Shown: one piece after another, positions 25,201 to 40,200 of the stretch | How positions within the stretch are numbered: the first letter of the stretch is position 1 | Layout: each line of letters opens with the position of its first letter | Assembly: GCF_964194025.1 (NCBI RefSeq) | Contig: NC_134475.1 | Coordinates: 67,518,001 to 67,582,000 of the forward strand | Source of the DNA: Convolutriloba macropyga | Lineage: Eukaryota | DNA length: 64,000 nt | Direction: 5' to 3' | Position numbers and translations under genes: made by a program | The notes under the pieces: model-generated | Seen by the model: only the letters and a program-made list of their open reading frames with translations | Told to the model about the DNA's origin: nothing | The model's database searches: none

Positions 25201-28200
25201 CCTGCTCATCAATAAAGCAAAATCAAATGTTGAGGAGCTGAAAACAACACTTGATGCCGTGTTAAAAGAAAGTCCGAACTCCAGCAGTACTTCATCTGTC
25301 ATGGAACGATATTCAAACCTTCTGTCACGGCTAGAGAAATTTGAACACGAAATTGACAGTTTAGATGACGATGGACTACTCAGCCAATCTTCAACTAGGA
25401 TACGGGATGATGTCAGTGTAACAACTCATACGACTGCCAGATATCCAACCTCACGGAGATGCTCACCATCAATGAACGAGATTCCAGAAGCAAGCAACCC
25501 AGAACGTTCATCATTCTCCAACAAAACACCACCTCTCCCACCGAGACCGGAGAAACCATCCCTGTTTTTGTCTGATTGCCACAGGACCAAACCAATGTTG
25601 TCAAAGTTTTTAAATGGCAACAACGAGAATCCCCCTACTATTGCAATGAGTCCAACAAGTTTATTCAGACCAATTAACATCGATAACACAGTTGATTCCA
25701 AAACAGAAATAAAACACTCGGATAAAAATTTTGCGAAACCTGAGACGACCGTCACAAAAACTCCCGATCGTTTTGCTCTCAGTGATACAACGTTGTCTGC
25801 TGTTGATAATTTTACAGTCAACCAGCAGCAGTTTAAAGCAGACAATGATTCAATCCAGCCACTCAGTTTTGTAAGCACGCAAAATAACTTTCAAAACCGT
25901 TTTCCTCAGGAAAACCTTAATAATCAATTACAGTCAAAAAATATGTTATCTGAATTTTCTCGAGATATCGCCGAGGAACGGTTTCAGACGCAAACGTTTG
26001 AACCAAAGAGCATGGGTTGTTCCCAATTCCAAGGAACACATAATCCCCGTTTGATGAATCCCAGTTCTGTCAAATATTACAGTCAAGAAAAAGCACAGAA
26101 TCTAGATTTTGATCCGCAACAGACAAAACAACCAATTGAACTGAGTAACACAATGACAAACTTTAATCAGTTCTCCGAAAAGTTCTGCCAAAACGCAAAC
26201 AATTCTCAAACATCTAACATGTTTTCTTTACCATTGCATAATAGACAGGAATCGAAAAACACAGAGAATAAAAATTTACCTGGAAACTTCACTCAATTCC
26301 AGCCACAGTCACAAGTCAATACCGTAGGCATTGAGCCTGTCAACCCATTCGGTGTTCAACAAACCGCCTGTTCAAAAACAATAACTGAAAGTGTTCCAAT
26401 TGCTCCTTCAATCTCAACGTTTCCCCCACAAGCACTGCCTTCAGTAGAGCAAAATCCCCAGCCACATTTACCACATTCACATCAATTTTCCAGCGTATTG
26501 AATCCAATATCAAATGAAATGTTCAAAAACCCTTCATTTGAAATCAATTCTTTACCGTGGACCTCAAACACAGATCCATATTGCCAGAATTCAACAAGTA
26601 AACACTCAATAAAGTTACCACCTCTTACAATTCAAAACTTTAATGGCAACCCATTGAAGTACCACGAATGGATAAATAACTTTTTTTGCCTCGTACATAA
26701 CAACACCAGTATCACCGACACACATCGTATCACCTATTTGCAAAATGCAGTTACTGGCAAAGCAAAAGATGTAATCCAAGCTTATTCCTGTGATCCTGCT
26801 TATTATAGCACAGCTTTAAACGAACTAATGTCATATTTTGGTGATCCTACAATAGTGGTGAACGCCTTCATAAATCAATTGGAAAACTGGAAATCAACTA
26901 ATGACTATAACAAGCAAAATTTTGTGGCCTTTGCTTTGTTCTTGAAACGTTTAGTGCAAGCTTTCCAATACCTGGGATACACAGCGGACCTACAGAGCTC
27001 AACACTTATGAAGAAAGCTAAAGAAAAAGTCCCGCATAACATCCTCCTCAAATGGACAGAGCACACCGTTACATCAATCCAAACACCAGCTACTTTAGTT
27101 GAATTTCAGAAATGATGAGAAGTTCAAGCACATGTGTACGATAAGATAAACCGCGAAAACTTCCAGCAAAATAACCTTCGTAGAAACAACTTTAGTATCT
27201 CTGGAAATTTGAACAACAGCGTTAATCACTCAAGAAATTTAAGTACCCCAAATTTAGGTTTTCCGGCACAGCCGGCTAGCCTAAATCAGTCAACAGCAAA
27301 AAGCAGTAGCGGTAATGTGAAACCACCTAGCGCTCCACCATTTCCACCCCTAAACAACTCAAATCAACCAAAGCGTTCTTGCGAAAAATGTCGAGGAAAT
27401 CATATACTAGCGACCTGTCCCGATTACCAACAATGCAGCCCAAACCAGCGAATTGACATTGTAAGCAAGAGCAATCTTTGCTCGAACTGTTTGAGCAATG
27501 AACACAAGAAGCAAAACTGCCCATCAACAAAACGCTGCCAAACATGCAGCGGATACCACCACACAACACTGCATGACCCTGCTAAAATTATCAAGCGTCC
27601 ACCAGCTGCTTTTGCCACCAGCAATTCCACAGGTACAAGTGTTACCAACCAAGCAAATCAGCTTGCCAAACAGCAATGTGAACCAGGAAGTAACAACAAC
27701 GCAAGCGCCTCATCCAAATCACAAAAGAGCCGCTACGGACAGTCTTTTGCAAACAAAAATCAGAATCAATTTCAGCGCGCTAATTTGAACAATGCCAACC
27801 AAAGTTTTAGCGTGAATCATCTACAGTCTACACCAAAAGAATGGTTCGAACAACTTCACCTTATCCCAGTATCTTTTCTAAACGGCAAAAAAGCTTTCGA
27901 TACGTACGCTCTCATCGATCCAGGAAGCCAATTTACTTTCATACTTGACAAAATCACAGAGTTCCTTGCTCTTCCATGCGAAGATCAAGAAGCAACTACG
28001 CTTCAGTATCTTAACACAGAGCATGATATGCCACTTTCAAAAATTTCTGAACAAGTGACAGTTGCATCCTACGAAAATTTGGATCAAAAGTTTCAAATTA
28101 CAACCACTTATAGCACTCCTTGTTTAAATGTAGCACCAGCTAATACATTTGAACTCAACCAACTTTGCGATGCATTCAAAGAACTCCGTCACATTCACTT

Positions 28201-31200
28201 CCCAGAAATAGCTGAAGGTAAAATCGGTGCCCTTTTGGGAAAAAACACTTTTGCTTTCACACATCCAGTTGAAGTCATCCCGGCAACTAAAAATCAGCCT
28301 TTCGGCGTAAAGATGAGGCTTGGATGGACCCTAGCTGGAGAGTATGAAAGAGTGCAAAAGCAACCCAAACAACGATCTCACCAGCAGAAACACTACGTGT
28401 ACCACGTATCACGAAGAAGCTCCGACGATCAACCTCTTGATGAATTGCTTGAGCAATTCTGGAAAATTGAAGCCGAAGGAAGTCAACCCGAGCCTGAATC
28501 TAAAAATCCCGTTGACAAGGAAGCCCTTGATATATTGAACAAAACAATCAGCTACAATGGTGAGAGGTACGAAATTGGACTGCCTTGGAAAAAACCATTG
28601 AGAATTGAAAATAATTATTTTGCAGCTCTCAGCCAGCTGAAAAGTCTTCAGAAGCGACTCAGTAATGACCTCCAATTGAAAGAGTTGTATGAGCAAACTC
28701 TCACAACAGATCTTCAAAAATTTTATGTCAAGCCAGTTGAAATGCAGCAGCCAGAACCCGAGAAAATTTGGTATTTGCCTCATCACCCAGTGGTTAATCC
28801 AAACAAGCCCGGAAAAGTGCGCAGAGTAGCAAATGCTGCGGCCAAGTTTAGAGGACAATCCTTGAACTCCAATTTGATCACAGGACCAGATTTGCTGAAC
28901 AACTTGGTAGGAATTCTTCTGAGATTTCGTGAAAACCCAGTTGCCATTCTCTCTGATATCGAAGGCATGTTCATGCAGATAGCAATAAGGCATGAGGACC
29001 AATCTGCATTACGCTTTCTCTGGCCCAATGAAGAGATGGTTAACCAATACCAGTTCACCAGATTAATTTTTGGAGCAACCTGCTCCCCATTTTGTGCAAT
29101 TTTTGTTCTGAACCGTTGCGCAGAAGATAATGCAATTGAATTTCCAAAAGCAGTTAATGCAATAAAGAACCATTTTTATATGGACGACTATATCCATTCT
29201 TTGCCGTCTATAGAAGAAGCAATTGACACCATTAACCAGACTAAAGATAGCCTTCATAAAGGTGGCTTTCGCTTGACAAAATTTGTGTCAAACAAACATG
29301 AAGCCCTAAGGTTCATTGAGCAAGAAGATCGAGATGAACTGAAAGAGATCAATAGAGTCCTCGGTCAGAAATGGAATACCAGAACTGACTGTTTTCTAAT
29401 GAAGATATTAGAACATTTTCCCCGAAATGCAAGTGAGTATACACAAAGGAAAATGTTCAGCTTAGTATCAACAATTTTTGATCCCCTAGGAATTTTGTCC
29501 CCGCTCACAATTGGAATCAAAATGCTTTTACAACAAGTCTGGAAGCTAGGTAAGAAGTGGGATGAACCACTTCCCGTAGAACTTCATTCCAACCTACAAA
29601 AAGTGCTTGATAGTTACTTTGCAATGCCTGATATCGAAATCCCCAGATGGTTGAACTCCTCAACGAATCAGGAAAATAATCACCAGCTCCATGTCTTTGT
29701 TGACGCCTCAACCGTTGCATTGTCAGCAGTTGCTTACATTCGCACCCAAAAACAGGACAAAATCTTTCAAACATCTTTTCTGCTTGGAAAATGCAAAGTT
29801 GCACCAATAAAACAAATTAGTGTGCCAAAATTAGAACTCGAAGCAGCCGTTTTAGGTACACGCCTCCGCACATTGATAGAAACCGAAATGACATTAAAAT
29901 TTGAAAAAGTCTACTTGTGAACTGATAGTCGTGTTGTCTTAGATTGGATCAGTTCAACTAAGAAACAAAACGTTTTCGTCTCAAATCGACTCGAAGAAAT
30001 TAAGAAAACAACTAAAACTGATGAGTGGAATCATGTCCCAACTAATTTTAATCCAGCCGACCATGGAACGCGTGGCCTTGAGCCATCAGAAATTCCCCCG
30101 AAATGGCTTACACCACCACAATTTTTGCAAAACACTGAAAGTTCTTGGAAAGATTTGAAAAAGATTTCAACCGTAGGTGCCGTAACCAGAAATACAAAAA
30201 CATCAATCAAACCTGTTCTAGACCCAAACCGCTTTTCAACATGGAATAAGCTACTTTTAACCCTCGCAACTGTCTTCAATTTAATTTACAGAGCTAAGAA
30301 GAATCGTTCCGACAAAAGCCAATACACAAAAGATGATGTTTGTTTATCTCAAAATTTTCTGCTGAAGTTGTCTCCAAACAATGCTTTTTCCTCAACAATC
30401 AACGCATTAAAAAGAACACAAAAATTAGACGCCAAGAGCAAATTGAGAAACTTAAATCCAATAATTGACCAAAACGGACTCTACGATCTAGTGGCCGTCT
30501 CCTATTTGCTCCAACAGAATTGGAGATCGAAAAATGTCCAATAATCTTGGACGCAAAGGAAAAGATTGCTAGACTATACCTTGAGCATGCGCACAGAATT
30601 TGTGCTCATCAAGCAACAGAACCGGTCAAAGCATTCGTACAACAACGCTACTACGTCATTGGACTTCGAAAAACACTACTTTCAATAAAATACCGATGTT
30701 TTCTGTGTCGCCGTTTTGACACTCAAAATATACAACCAATAATGGCCCCACTTCCTTCTTTCCGCTTCCCCACAGAAGAAACCAAATTTCCGTTTGCCAA
30801 CACAGGACTGGACTTTTTTGGCCCGTTTTATATTGAGGACAAACAAGGCAAAATCGAGAAATATTATGGACTTATTTTTACATGCCTCGTTGCGCGAGCA
30901 GTCCATTTAGAAACATGTCCAGATTTAAATACAGACACCTTCCTCAATGCATATCGACGATTCACCTGCCGAAGATGCCAACCTATTTTATTGTACAGCG
31001 ATAACGGAAAAACATTTGTTGGCGCCTCCGAAGAGCTGAAGAAGTCGGTTAAGGCTTTAGACAAAGACAAGATTTATAAAGCCCTAGCTGCAGTCAAAAC
31101 CACATGGAAATTTAACCCACCATACGGCCCTCATTTCGGTGGCGTGTGGGAGCGATTGATTCAGAGCGCCAAAAGGACACTCTTGATCATTCTAGGATCT

Positions 31201-34200
31201 AAGCGTCTCTCCTTCGACATCTTTGAGACAATAATGGTAGAAGTCGAAGCAATCCTGAATTCCAGACCCTTGACAAACGTTGCTGATCAGCCTGAAAACG
31301 AAGAACTACTCACTCCTAACCATTTCCTCATACAACGCCCTTACAGTTCCTTGCCACCCGGAAACTTTGGAGACCAACAGCAGCAGTTGATGAACCACGT
31401 GTGGCGGCGTTTGATTAAGGAGTACCTGCCGACATTACTCAAGAGACGTAAATGGACAGAAAACAACCAGCCTCCTCTGAAATTAGGAGATGTTGTGTGG
31501 GTACTCAAGGACTTGACGCCGAGAGGAATCTGGCCCCTTGGAAGAATTGTGGAAACATCCCCTGGACGAGACGGTGAAGTACGAGTTGCCAAAGTAAAAA
31601 CGGCTTACGGCTCGTTCGTGCGTCCTGTCGCCGGCCTCGCACGGGTTTTTCCCCCGTAGTTTTTTAATTCAAATTTTTCGCTTCGGTCTTAGGCAACATG
31701 AGCTACATCCACCCCTTTGATGTTATTGCCCTTACAGTATTTTCATTCCAATTATATAGTTTCAAGGATATCGGATCAAACGACAATCAAGATGATCTCC
31801 AACCCCTGCCCTCCTTCTTGGAGCATGTTCCCAATGACCTTGGGAACTCGAGAAAAGCATGACATTTGCTGATGATTAAAACTACCGCCAAAAACCTGAG
31901 AGTTACTCTTTCCCAAAAACATCTGACAAGAAGTCGCAACCAAATATGAGCAACCAAAAGTCTAGAATATATGTTTCACTACATGCACTTTTCCCAGCTC
32001 CACACAGCTCCCCCCCCCCCAAAAAAATGTTAACTTCATGACAAATTAAATTCTCTGTTTGCACGCCCTCGTGTGTTACTTTTATTCGGTAATTGACTGT
32101 CATTGACTCTTTTAATGCATGTCATTGACTCTTTCGATTGACTCTTGCAATCCGACAGTGTTCACAGCAGCGTTCACAACAACAGTAGCCAGAAACGTCG
32201 GAGGATTCACTTTTCCTGGGCTCTTAAAATTTTCGTCCCTTTTCAGTTTTTTCCAGGAACTGATAGTTCATCGGTAAAACTATCAGACTTCTTGGGATTG
32301 TTTCGAGTGTAAAAAATTGATGGAATTTCTGTTCCACACTTTTTTGTTCGATAGAAAAGATAATTGCCTGAAGCAGATAAAAGCCGTGGAATCCAAAAAA
32401 AGCAGGATGCCTAACGCTAATTGGCGCGTAGAAAACCTTTTTCAGCTTTCGCCGGTCAATGAGTACAATTTAATTCAACACTTGAAGACTAGACCAAAAT
32501 CAAATCCAGAAAAAAACTTAAAAACTAATCCACATACAAGGAATGAAAATAACTATGCACCAGACCAACCCCAAATGAGAAAGTTCGCGGTGTCAACTGA
32601 TGTACTCTGTAGCAGTTCAATGAGAATCAAAGTTGACCAGTACAACCAGAAGCGCGAGGAAAGTTACAAGGGAGCAACTATATTTCAACAACTATAGATC
32701 ACGTAAAAGATGAGGCAACCCATGTAAAGACAAAAAGTTTAAATATACAATCTTTGCAGTCAATGTCTCCATCAGCTGGTGGTTTCTCATTTTCAAGTAC
32801 CTCTGCTTCAATTAGAAACTTTTTTTCTTTGCTTGTTGCCTGTCAATATTGCCGTTTAGCAAAAACAGAACTTGTAAATTTTTTGTTAGTTGTAGAGCTC
32901 TGTTGTTTTCAAAATTGCAGATATTTTACTCTTCCGTGGTTGAATTCATATCAACCTACCAATTTTGCACGTGAAAAAAATTGTGTCTTCCGCTTTGCCA
33001 CGATAGCAACGCAGCCGCTTTGTGAATGTTAATGCCGTTTTCATTAGCAGAAAACCACCCAAAGCCTGTTCGTCACCTTAAATGAGTGAATTTTTGCACG
33101 TCCTTGGTCAAATGAATTACTCGAACTGTATCAATTTAGAAACTTCAAATTACCATGAGAGGTGTAGTCTAGTCGAACTGAAGTGTTCCTGATTTGATTT
33201 TTTTAAATGTCAGCAAATGATCCTCAAATTAATTCGCTTAAATCTGAGGTCAATAATGTGTCCTATGGTTTTGTGTCCTATGACTACAAAGAACAGTCCC
33301 CAGATCAAAATGCGAAGACTGATAATTGATAGATGCTACCACTCCGTTTCATCCATATATCAACTGCAGTGATATTAAATTGACGCTGCACAAAAAATTC
33401 GTTTAACTGTAAATTAATCATTTCGCTCCACAAACTCTACGTAAACAACTGACTGGTTTACTTGCATTGCAGCTGCTCTAATTCCTAAGACTCACTCTTC
33501 TGTTGCTGTTAATTTAGAAAATCTCCGATAGATGGTCACAGGAACAATCAAAAAACATGCTTTGTAAAAAAATTCTTATCAATTATTCGTAGTTCTTTAG
33601 GTTTTTTTTTAAATTCCATAATTATTATTTTTCATTCATTTAGAAGATGAATCTGTTAGATTATTTTTTAAAATTCATTTTGCTCTGCCTCTTTACAACC
33701 TCGCTGAATCTATATCAATAACTACGCTGATGGTATAGCTTTAACACATCTAATTAGAACAGATGATAATCGATTAGATTTAGGTCTACACAAACGAAAA
33801 ATGGATTGACTCAAAAAAATTAACCTTGGATATTAATGAAACATACTGTATAGGGTTAAAAAATGCATAAGAAACACGGAAGCCGAGGACCACATTTAAT
33901 TTTTGCTGAAAAGAAACACTTCAACTTTTTACAGTATGAGTTCTGATATATGCGATGCAATAAACGCGATAAAGATCAACATGGGAAAAAAATCAAGTTA
34001 GATTTATGCTAACGTAAATTTACTTCTGTAATTAACCTAAGGGTCTCTGTAAAAAAACTACAAGATAAAACACCATATTTATGAACTGCTGAAAGTTATA
34101 ATTAAAGAAATAAACGTTTTCCAAGAAAATACTCAGCGGAACAATTCTTGAACATAGCCCCCAGATTGCCGAAAAACAGCTGCCGTTGACGCGCTAGACG

Positions 34201-37200
34201 CACAGAGAAGATGAGGGCGGCTATTAAAAAGAACAGATAGGAATTGACTAAACTTTTTCTTAAGTTTCAAAAATTGCTCCAATTTAGGGTGCAGTTTCAG
34301 TTAGAATCTAAACCTAAATTTACTTCAGCTTCTAAACTGAAGGGTATTAAGCTTAATGTTAATATCAGCTAGCAATCGCTCTAATGAACTTGGATAACCT
34401 AATGCACTATGACTTAATGACCAGGCTTTATCGATTTATCCCGTTTCGTATGACTTTGATTTTGATCTTTTGGGTTGAACGTATTCACTATATTGCGTAA
34501 TTCAATGCGTGAAAGAATTTAGAATCCATTCAGTTGAAGCAGTGAGTGAGGTAAGTCAGAAGTCAGACGTGAAAATCGTGACTTATGTATGACGAAAAAC
34601 GTGTTCAAAAGGTGAAGAGAATACAAAAAACATAGCAGGACAAGTCCTGACGTACAATTCAAAGAATTTTCATTGACTAAACAGAAAAACTAGACCTAGA
34701 ATGGACTATGAGTGAATTGAGAAAACCATTTTTAAAAAATCAGATCAAAAAATTAAAAAAAAAAAACAAAAAATCAATGTCAAAATGCCGCATGTGAACA
34801 AAAAACCACTAGCGAGAAATGAAAATTTAATTCAAACAAAAAACTAGGCCTAGAACGAGCTGTGAATGGATTAGAAAAACCATTTAGAAAAAAATCCGAT
34901 CCAAAAAATCGAAAAAACAGTAAAAATCAGAGTGAAATTGCCGCATGTGAACAAAAATCCACTACTGAAAAACCGAATTTTTGTTCAAACACCGTTTTCT
35001 CACTCTACTTTAAAATTAGAGTAAAAAATTAATTCGCAAAAACCACTTTTTCGCTCCACTTCTTGTTTCCGTGACCAAAATCACTACTCCAATTTGACTT
35101 CAAAAATCATGAAAATGTGTGAACAGATCTTAAAAAAAAAGACAGCGCCCCAATACAATTCAAATTCTTTGAATTGTAAAAAACATAGCAGGAAAAGTCC
35201 TGACGTACAATTCAAAGAATTTTAATTAACTAAACAGAAAACTAGACATAGAATGGACTATGAGTTAATTGACAAGAACATCTCTAAAAAATAGATAAAA
35301 AAAAACAGAAAATCGATGTCAAAATGCCGTATGAGAACAACAAACCACTAGCAAGAAATGGAAATTTAGTTCAAACAAAAAAACTAGACCTAGAACGGAC
35401 TATGAATGGATTGGAAAAACCATTTAGAAAAAATCCAATCTAAAAGGACAAGGCATAAGAACAAAAAAAGAACTAGCGAGAAAGAGAATTTTCTCACCGT
35501 ATTCTCACTCTATTTTAAAATTAGAGCGAAAAAATTTCTTTAGTAATTAGTAATTTCATAATTTAAACAGGCGAAAGGCACAAATACACCAATGGACGAG
35601 GCAAAACCGCCTTATGGTGTTCTTACAGGACAATGGCTCCATAATTTCGGTCCGATTTTTTAAGTAAATAACTCTTGTTGTTAGCTGGTTCTACTCTGGA
35701 AACAAATAACTATTATTTCGTTAGATTAACTAACAGATTTGGCTGCTTTTCGATTAGCCAGTTGTTTAGCTTGTTCAGATGCCATCGCTTGCTTCTTAGA
35801 ATATTCCACTTGTTCCTGCAATTGTAGACATTTCTCACTATTCAACTGCATGTCTGATGCTAATTTGTTGTTTCTCTGTTTCGCATCTCTCAACTGACCT
35901 TCTAAATTTGAGATTTGAGCATCAGAGCTGAAAAGCAGAATACAGTTTTACCCCAAGTTACAACATAGCACCCGCAATCAGAGGCAGCACAAATTGGTTT
36001 GCACCAGCAATAACGAGAAAAAATGAGGCATAGAATTTCAGCTGTCCGACGAAAACTAGGATTCATATTTATTTTTATCAAGATCACCATCTAAACTACT
36101 TTTAGTAGCATGAAAAAGGTCACAGTTTTCAGCTTGCGAATATTGAATTGATCTCTCCAATTAAGTTGCCTCATATACCACGAGTATAGCTGGCAAAGTA
36201 ATTTCGGAGCTAGCAGTACCATGCAAAGCTAACTAAGGATATCTCAGGGGGATACTAAGAATATCACCAAAAAATTGTATGAAACCTAAGATATAGAGGG
36301 ACAATTCTGGTAATAGGACAAAAAATTGAGTGTGCCACGCCGTTGTAAACTTGCCCGTTGTAGAAAATACCCCCTCCCTGAGAAGCTGGCTCAAACACAA
36401 ACATCAGATATAAAATTGAACAAAATAACCCTGGTTAAATAACTACTAGAAATATTATGAGGTCAAAAAATGCCCACTCAGCATTTCTATATTGAAACTT
36501 ATACAGCATGCTCAATAATATATGAGAATGGACAGCAGGGACAATTAATTTTCTTTGTTAAAAAAAGTGCGCCAACTGTAAAAATTGAACTTCCTCAAGT
36601 AGAGGAGCTTATTAATATCTTATCGAAACTCAATTAGATCATCAATCTTAAATTTAAACTAAATAAGTTTTAGGTGATGTCATTTATGGAGTGATAGCCA
36701 GACAAACTCGAAAAATTCGACCTCATTTGACCTGCGAAAAATTTACTGATAAATGACTTCACGCGCGTTAAATCCTTGAGCAAGTGCTTTTAGGCAATTG
36801 ATATCTAATCGTTTAAAAAGTTGCTAGAACCATTAGGTGAAATATGAGTCACCTTATCAGCTCTGATCTTAGAAAAAAATTAACCCAAAGAAAAGGTAAA
36901 CCGACTAACATCGCGAACTGCTCCCAAACAACATGCCAAAACTCGATTTCAATGTAGTCTGCTTCATAAGGGAGGGTGAGTAGCCTGTTCAGATGTCATT
37001 AGAGCTTTCAACTAATGAAAATAAGATGAAAAAAATGATTTAAAATTTCCGAGCAGTCATGATTACGTTTGTTGTCGTAAACTGCCGCGATTTAAGCTAG
37101 CGTGAAAAAGTCCAAATCACTCGGTTAAGCTGAAGAAAATTCCTAAACAAGACGGCCGAAAGAAAATTTTCAAAACACACCTTTGTAATAACAGCTCGAA

Positions 37201-40200
37201 ACTTTGTTCCAGAGCAATCAAAAACCACAAAACTTATGCAGACCTCAAATTACGCTTATGATGCGTCACTCACAGTGAGAGGTGACCTTACTTTCTGCAA
37301 TATGTGTGTTTGTTTCAACCATTGAACTGCGATTACAAAAAAATAGGCTGCAAAAATGAGCCAGATACTCTGAGTCATTAGTGCATCCTCTCAAGGGTTA
37401 CTCATTCTTATTTTATGGTGACAATTCTCGCATGATTTTAATTTTTTTTAGATTAAATCTCTCAAGAATGATAGAAAAACTTCTTAAAAAATCTCAAGGT
37501 TCGAGATAAGTTTTGTTGTCGGGGCATGATGTGATGCAAGCCCCACATGCATACCACCAAAAAAGTTTAAAGGGGTTGAAAGATTTTTAAAAACCTTAGA
37601 AAAACCATTAAAAGTTTTTAACCTCTCTTAGCGCAAAATGACTCATTTGGACATTTAGCTAGTGGGAAAGTCTTTAAAGGCCCAGAAAAAAGTTAGATTG
37701 TCAATTTTGAACTATAAGATTCAACAAAATCTTTGAGCATGCTTTTGTAGAGTATGAGTATGGTTCAAGATTTTCTAAAAAAGCGAGAAATCTATCCCCC
37801 TTTTTGAGAAGGCTGAGCCAGCAAAAGATCTTATGCCTCTCATACAAGTTTGCAGAACGCTCCTATATTCTAATTTTTGAATGCTATAGTATTAGAAAAA
37901 CAGCCATTTCAGGTTTTGTTTTCAATTGTTTAAAATCTGCAAGTATTGGCAATAAAGTCCGTTATTAAATCCCAGGAGCGTCTTGAGATGGTACTTAAAA
38001 CTGATTATGAAGCAAGTTCCGAACATAGCTGGTAGATTGCCAGAAAATAGCCGCAATAGCTTTGTAGATCTGCAGTCTCAAAAAAACAGAAAAGACAGAC
38101 AAAAAAAATCGTCTTTTCATTCAAGGCTGATATGTTAGATATTTTTTGTTTTAAAATCTGTGTTTTTGCTGCCTCTATTAGCTGCTCTCCAATAACCTTC
38201 AATTAGAGTGTCACACACCCATTTGACCTTATCTCTTTGAATTAAAGTAAATAAAAGTCAATTTCAAAGTGAGGAAGTCATTTTTGAGCGTGAGGTGAGT
38301 CAAGTGTGACCAAAAAATTAATAACGCGAATGAACAAAAAAACTCGCTCCACTAAGAGCGAAAAATGACGTCACACACGCACTTCATTTGAAATTGCATG
38401 AACGAATGAAAAAGCAGATTTGAAGTGGTTGTGACGTCATATGGTCGTAACAAAAATTGCGACGACGAAATAAAAAAAAACCAAAAGAAGGCCAATAATA
38501 GCCCCAGCTATCGCTGTGCGGCTATTAAAAAACGATCTAAAAAATTGAAAAAAAAACAGTAAAAACCAAAGTGAAATTGCCGCATGTGCTCAAAAAACCA
38601 CTAGAGAGAAAGCGAAATTTTTTCTTACTCTACTTCAAACTTAGAGCATGAAAATTTCACGCCGCAAAACCACTCGCTTTTTCGCTCCACTTCCTGTTTC
38701 GGCGTGACCAAAATCACTACTCCAATTTGACTTCAAAAATCATGAAAATGTGTGAACAGATCTTAAAGACAGCGCCCCAATAATTCAAATTCTTTGAATT
38801 GTAAAAAACCAAGAGAAGGCCAATAATAGCCCCAGCTATCGCTGTGCGGCTATTTAAAAAGACACCTCTATAAAACTAGTCTTTGAGTGTTAAACATCAG
38901 CACCCAATACAATCCCAATCCTTTCGATTGTAAAAGACTACGATGAGATCAAAAATAGCCTTGCTATGTCTTCATCGCTATAAAAAAGCCAAAGAACTAA
39001 ACAAAATTCCGTGATAAGGAGTTTGGATTGACAACTTGATAACTCACTGAGCTTGTACTGACTCCACATGTTGCTGCAGATTTTTCAACTTGAGTTGTGT
39101 GTCTTCAGCCAGTCTCTCTGCACGTATGGACCTGTCTTGTAACTGCTCCACCTCTTGGCCTCCGGTAACTTGATCTCTCAGAGCTTTTTCCAACTCATTC
39201 TCTACCAATTTCTTCTCTCGGAACACCCTCTCTACCTAGTCACACAAACCAATTCCCTTCTATTGTTCAGATAAGGCAGGAAAAATAAGTTTAAGAAATA
39301 TTAAACTTTAAAAACTGCTCTGATATAATTACAGGCATCCTTTACTTTTTGATAAACATAACCGGCACATTGCCGGACAATAGCCGCCGTTGATTCTCAT
39401 AACCAAGATTGGGATTGAAAGAGAGAAAACTAATGCCACAAAAACCAATGCCTGTCTATTGTCATAGATGAGGTAGGATACATTAGTTTAACTTTGAAAA
39501 CTACATTAGTTTAACTTTGAAAACTACATTAGTTTAACTTTGAAAACTTTATTAGTTAAACTTTGAAAACTACATTAGTTTAACTTTGAAAACTTTATTA
39601 GTTTAACTTTGAAAACTTTATTAGTTGAAACAGTTTTCAACTAATAAAGTTTTCAAAGTTAAACTAATAAAGTTTACAGGCTCTGATCCAATTTACAGGC
39701 ATCCTTTACTTTTTGAGAAACACTTCAAACCTTTGGTTTATTCCTTCAAAGTAGCCAAATACTACAGAAGACTATTTGATCCAGACAGTGAGCAATCCAA
39801 GTATTCCGAAATAAAACCCCAGAGCAAAACTTTTCAGTCCAGAAGCTTTCAGAACTACTACTGTAATATAAAATGGCGAATAGGCGTGATGATAAATAAC
39901 CTCGCTCTGTTTCTCAGCGACCTTCATCTCTAGAGAGTGGATGTCCTCCATTAGTCTGTCAACTGACTTATTGCACAGAACACGAACAGCTTCAACTTCT
40001 CTTCTTGTCTTCTCTCCAGCCTGCTCGTACACTTTGTTCAACTCATCGCGCAATTTCTCAATCTGAAATATTCACAACATCAGATAACACCCAAAATACA
40101 GCACCACTTTATAAATTTAATCTCCTTTTATTACATAAATAACCAAAACAAAAAACAGGCCCGATGAGTGATTGGCTGTGAACATTGATAGAGCAATTAC

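Larger units (their letters stand above)
21632..31983 (+). mobile_element. BEL/Pao LTR retrotransposon 2, full length (10352 bp), antisense inside a SCLT1 intron
   Basis: Identical 158-bp TG...CA LTRs; 5-bp TSD TGCAC (21627-21631, 31984-31988); PBS-like TGGAGACC after the 5' LTR; gag-PR-RT-RH-IN. Confidence 0.97.

Noticed and set aside
27113-29920. TGA at conserved Trp positions, suggesting a TGA=Trp code
   Set aside because: Many other Trp residues use TGG, TAG also replaces Trp, and CGA>TGA and frameshifts occur nearby; ordinary decay explains it.
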